A stretch of DNA of 63,234 nucleotides from a bacterium (lineage in GTDB: Bacteria; Patescibacteriota; Andersenbacteria; UBA10190), in NCBI GenBank assembly GCA_043811915.1, contig JBDRMS010000011.1, positions 1 to 63,234 on the forward strand. The letters run 5' to 3'. Each line of letters starts with the position of its first letter. Within the stretch, counting starts at the first letter, position 1. A model generated the notes under the pieces. The model was given only the letters and a program-made list of their open reading frames with translations. It did no database searches and was not told the origin of the DNA. The position numbers and the translations under genes are program-made. Positions 60,639 through 63,234 of this stretch are shown here, piece by piece.

Positions 60639-62717
60639 TTATTCTGTACAGTCACCAGGACAATTTTCTTTCGTTTCCCCAAAATCGGGCTCACACATAG
60701 TATTCCCGCAAACACTGTCCTCTTGTTTGCCGGGAACTCTGCTTTGCTCACCTTGCTCCGTTTTAATATCTTCCGCAGAGGGCGCCACGGCAAAAGTCAG
60801 CCTATTAAAAATTATTGAGGCCGCAGTGAGTACCAAAAGAGCTCCCGTCGTTACTGATAAGATAATCGTCACTTTTTTCGTATTAAGCTTTAATCGCGAA
60901 ATAAATTTGGCGTCCTTAAGTTTTGCTCCTGCTGCCCTTACTTTTTGGAAGTAAGGAAATCTTAAAACAGTCAGATAGAAAGCAAGGGTCAGAAAAGACA
61001 ATCCGAAACCGAAGCCAAACAGCATCCCTGGCATTTTCTTATTTACTTGTGCCGTTGCCGGTTTAGAGGAACTTTCCTGCTTGACCGTGCTTTCCATTGA
61101 CCCCATCTTTCCCATTGGCGACGGTTCAAGCACAGTCGTACAAGGAAATGTTTTTCCTTCATTGGGAGAAAAGGTTTCGAAAAAATATGTCGACCCCGAA
61201 GTCCCGGCCACCACATATTTCCCATTTCCGGAAACATCAATCTCACCAACATATTCCCCCAGGCTGACCTCTTTATGGAAATTTTTGTCTCCGGCCTTGT
61301 ACAAGTGGACCTTGCTGTCTGCTCCTCCCGCGGCCAAAACTTCTCCCCGATCACTGATTTCAACTGCTCCCACGCTGGCATTTATTTTCCAGGTCAGCCT
61401 GGGCTGACTTGAATTACTATCAAAAACATAAACATCGCCGCCAAAAGTTCCCGCGCCGATCAGTTTGCCATCGTCAGAAACCGCCAGGGCCCTGATTGAC
61501 TTATTGTCCGGGGTATCAATTTTCCAGGTAGGCTCCTTGTTGCCATTCTTGAAAACGACTAAACCGCCTCTGTCCGATTCCAGGCCAAACGCTACCAGGC
61601 TGCCATCGCCGGAAATTTGTGCCTCGTCAACCGGCGAATCACGTGTCAGCATCTCGCTTTTTAAAACCGGCTGGTTGGAGTCTCTCGAAAAAATATAAGC
61701 TCGTCTATCCGGACAACCAGTTGCTCCGGCGATAAATCTGCCGTCATTTGATAAGGAAACTTCGTGGAAATTACCGCTCGCATGGTATTGCCACAAAGAC
61801 TTCCCGCTTTTCGCATTCCACAAAATAACCAGGTTTGAATTTTGATCATTTTCGTTTCCCGCTGTACCGGCTGCCATATAGGCGCCATCTTTGGAAATTG
61901 CCACCGAATAAGCGCCATTATTGCCAGTGGTGGCCGTCCATAAAGGCTTGTTGGATTTTTTATCAAACAGATAGGCCTGGTTGCCGATAGAAGCGAAAAT
62001 TTTTGAACCGTCTCCTGAAATATCAATGCCTCCTTTCACATCACCGGGAGTGTCTGTCTCCATGCCGGTCGGAAAAATCCAAAGCGGTTTTGGGCTGCTG
62101 GTGTCAAAAAAGTAGATATTCCTAACCGTTAAAGCAGCTAAATATTTGCCGTCATCTGACAAGGCAACTCCGGAAACCCAGGCCGACTCGGTGGGATAAC
62201 TCCAGAGTTTTTGCCCCGTCCCGCCATCGATTAAAGCTATTTCATTGTCTTTAAAATCTCCCTCGAAAAGCACGGGGCCGTTGCCCGGAGAATCAATAAT
62301 TCCTTCTCTTGTCTTGCCTTTGCCGTTCGAAGCTTCAAAAAAGAAAAAATTAGAGCCTAGCTTATTAGGCACATATTTGTAAGCGTACTTTACGCCTTTT
62401 TTATAATCCTGATCGTTTGGATTTTCTGGAGAAACATCAAGCCACTGGCCGTTGAAATAAAGCCTGACATATTCCGGCGCCCTGCCTTCCTTGTCTCTGT
62501 AGGTAGTGTGATAAGTATATCTTTGGCAAACAGGTCCCCACATTGGATAAACCCCGCCATTTTCCAAAATCGGGTCTTCTGGGGTTTTCGCCAACTTTGG
62601 GATGATCCTCGCTGGAGCATCTTTGTCTTCCGCAAAAACATTAGCTGCAAAGCCAGCACAGACTACCGCTAAAAAACCAATAACAAAAGTAACAACTATT
62701 ACTCTTTCCCTCATCAA
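60639..62717 (-). CDS. Exported beta-propeller repeat protein (WD40/PQQ-like, ~8 blades) with two C-terminal TM helices and a 4-Cys tail
   Basis: Signal peptide. Eight repeats of the type (I/L/V)S.DG..(I/V)A.G.......(Y/F)(F/L/V)(F/Y)(D/E/K). TM helices MLFGFGFGLSFLTLAFYLTVL and VTIILSVTTGALLVLTAASIIF. Tail CGNTMCEPDFGETKENCPGDC. Confidence 0.7.
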   Translation of the reverse strand: MMRERVIVVTFVIGFLAVVCAGFAANVFAEDKDAPARIIPKLAKTPEDPILENGGVYPMWGPVCQRYTYHTTYRDKEGRAPEYVRLYFNGQWLDVSPENPNDQDYKKGVKYAYKYVPNKLGSNFFFFEASNGKGKTREGIIDSPGNGPVLFEGDFKDNEIALIDGGTGQKLWSYPTESAWVSGVALSDDGKYLAALTVRNIYFFDTSSPKPLWIFPTGMETDTPGDVKGGIDISGDGSKIFASIGNQAYLFDKKSNKPLWTATTGNNGAYSVAISKDGAYMAAGTAGNENDQNSNLVILWNAKSGKSLWQYHASGNFHEVSLSNDGRFIAGATGCPDRRAYIFSRDSNQPVLKSEMLTRDSPVDEAQISGDGSLVAFGLESDRGGLVVFKNGNKEPTWKIDTPDNKSIRALAVSDDGKLIGAGTFGGDVYVFDSNSSQPRLTWKINASVGAVEISDRGEVLAAGGADSKVHLYKAGDKNFHKEVSLGEYVGEIDVSGNGKYVVAGTSGSTYFFETFSPNEGKTFPCTTVLEPSPMGKMGSMESTVKQESSSKPATAQVNKKMPGMLFGFGFGLSFLTLAFYLTVLRFPYFQKVRAAGAKLKDAKFISRLKLNTKKVTIILSVTTGALLVLTAASIIFNRLTFAVAPSAEDIKTEQGEQSRVPGKQEDSVCGNTMCEPDFGETKENCPGDCTE

Positions 62718-62746
62718 TATACCTTATCACTCCTACGTTTCGCGTT

Positions 62747-62780
62747 CAAAAAACACCCTCGCTTTTAGAGGATGTTTTTA
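62747..62780 (-). terminator. Rho-independent terminator of cspA
   Basis: Minus-strand RNA ACAUCCUC-loop-GAGGGUGU followed by a U-run. The plus strand also has a T-run. Confidence 0.65.
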
Positions 62781-62791
62781 CGCTCGCGTAT

Positions 62792-62989
62792 TTAGGCGCG
62801 CGCTACGTTGGTAGCTGCCGGGCCCTTTTCACTGTCAACGACTTCAAAAGTAACCGCGTCGCCGACTTTTAGTTCGTCGAAAGTTACTCCCTTCAATTCA
62901 TTGGAATGGAAGAAAAGATCCTTCGACTCACCCTCGCGGGAGATGAATCCAAAACCTTTTTCCGTAAGCGTTTTGATAGTTCCGTTCAT
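62792..62989 (-). CDS. cspA: Cold-shock protein (CSD)
   Basis: KGFGFI (RNP1) and LFFHSN-type (RNP2) motifs; 65 aa. Confidence 0.92.
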   Translation of the reverse strand: MNGTIKTLTEKGFGFISREGESKDLFFHSNELKGVTFDELKVGDAVTFEVVDSEKGPAATNVARA

Positions 62990-63057
62990 ATGATTTTATC
63001 TTTCCCTTGTTTTACTATAGAAACTCGACGAGATTTCTGACGTCAAAATGACTGCTT

Positions 63058-63088
63058 CCTTTATATATCAAACAGCAGTTTTGTCAAA
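63058..63088 (-). promoter_or_regulatory. Possible cspA promoter (TTGACA-N16-TATAAA on the minus strand), giving a 5' UTR of roughly 65 nt
   Basis: Hexamers were read from the reverse complement of 63060-63087. A long csp leader would be consistent with known cspA biology. Confidence 0.3.
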
Positions 63089-63234
63089 CTTAACTGGCTC
63101 CGTCCAAATAACTGTGGTGCAAAACTAAGAAAAGGCGGTTTACTTAGGGGAGAAACAAACACCCTTAAAACAAACCACCTTTATGACCAACAATATTGCG
63201 GAAATCTTTTCTTTACAAGGCTTTGATGTACACG

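Noticed and set aside
1-63234. Alternative genetic code (UGA recoding as in some CPR lineages)
   Set aside because: Multiple ATGA/GTGA junctions (7024-7027, 17920-17923, 22426-22429, 34981-34984, 46634-46637, 53466-53469) use TGA as a functional stop. All recognised proteins have normal full lengths under code 11.
1-63234. CRISPR arrays, tRNA/rRNA/tmRNA/RNase P genes, transposases, integrases, reverse transcriptases, prophage genes
   Set aside because: The largest non-coding gaps are under 250 nt once small ORFs are accounted for. None showed regularly spaced repeats, cloverleaf-compatible arms or conserved RNA motifs by eye. No ORF has recombinase or RT motifs. A covariance-model scan (tRNAscan-SE/Infernal) would settle this.
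63183-63234. Possible 5' end of a plus-strand gene (MTNNIAEIFSLQGFDVH...) at the window edge
   Set aside because: Only 17 codons are visible, there is no convincing RBS, and nothing allows a family assignment. It may equally be part of the cspA upstream region.

Overview
This is a 63.2-kb, almost gap-free coding stretch of a bacterial chromosome. It uses the standard genetic code: many ATGA, GTGA and TAATG stop/start junctions show that TGA and TAA act as stops. The gene content suggests a small-genome, fermentative, surface-attached lineage such as Patescibacteria/CPR; that taxonomic guess is inference only. Layout from left to right: (1) 1-1131, a 5'-truncated beta-helix surface protein. 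(2) 1708-11453 (minus), an eight-gene type IV pilus-like operon: pilB, pilC, five oversized pilin-like proteins, then a GT39 protein mannosyltransferase. (3) 11477-13036, a metal ABC importer (ATPase and permease only). (4) 13144-20638 (minus), housekeeping genes: murB, pepA, a methyltransferase, glyA, long thyX and a GH-A glycosidase. (5) 20599-24032, a 3.4-kb segment bracketed by 33-nt inverted heptamer repeats; it holds an EamA transporter, a small coiled-coil protein, HepT/MntA and a GH1 beta-glucosidase. (6) rpoD-like sigma factor and efp. (7) 26410-33208, a nonulosonic (sialic-like) acid gene cluster (neuA-like, YhcH, AKR, SDR, methyltransferase, NeuB fused to a TIM-barrel isomerase domain) with a VKOR-DsbA pair in the same operon. 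(8) beta-CASP nuclease, a cupredoxin-like protein, a UvrD-type helicase-nuclease, lgt, an MscS-family channel, a second DsbA, a ROK kinase and gdhA. (9) 45054-48155, an iscS-iscU operon that continues into a glutaredoxin/DsbD-like membrane protein and two mini-ORFs. (10) 48209-54431, a ferredoxin plus FAD-reductase pair, an EamA transporter, a conserved hypothetical, a hydrogenase endopeptidase-like gene and, convergent to these, a translationally coupled operon of 2-hydroxyacid dehydrogenase, truncated [NiFe] small subunit and [NiFe] large subunit. (11) a large polytopic membrane protein, an AstE/AspA-family hydrolase, a DEAD-box helicase, an AT-rich membrane protein, a membrane-anchored beta-propeller protein and cspA. 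By eye I found no rRNA, tRNA, CRISPR array, transposase, integrase or reverse transcriptase. The best candidates for something new are three: the minimal [NiFe] hydrogenase operon with no diaphorase or Fe-S partner subunits, the pilus operon built only from giant domain-decorated pilins and ending in a GT39, and the nonulosonic-acid/disulfide-formation operon. Two repeat families that the gene calls do not explain are also reported.
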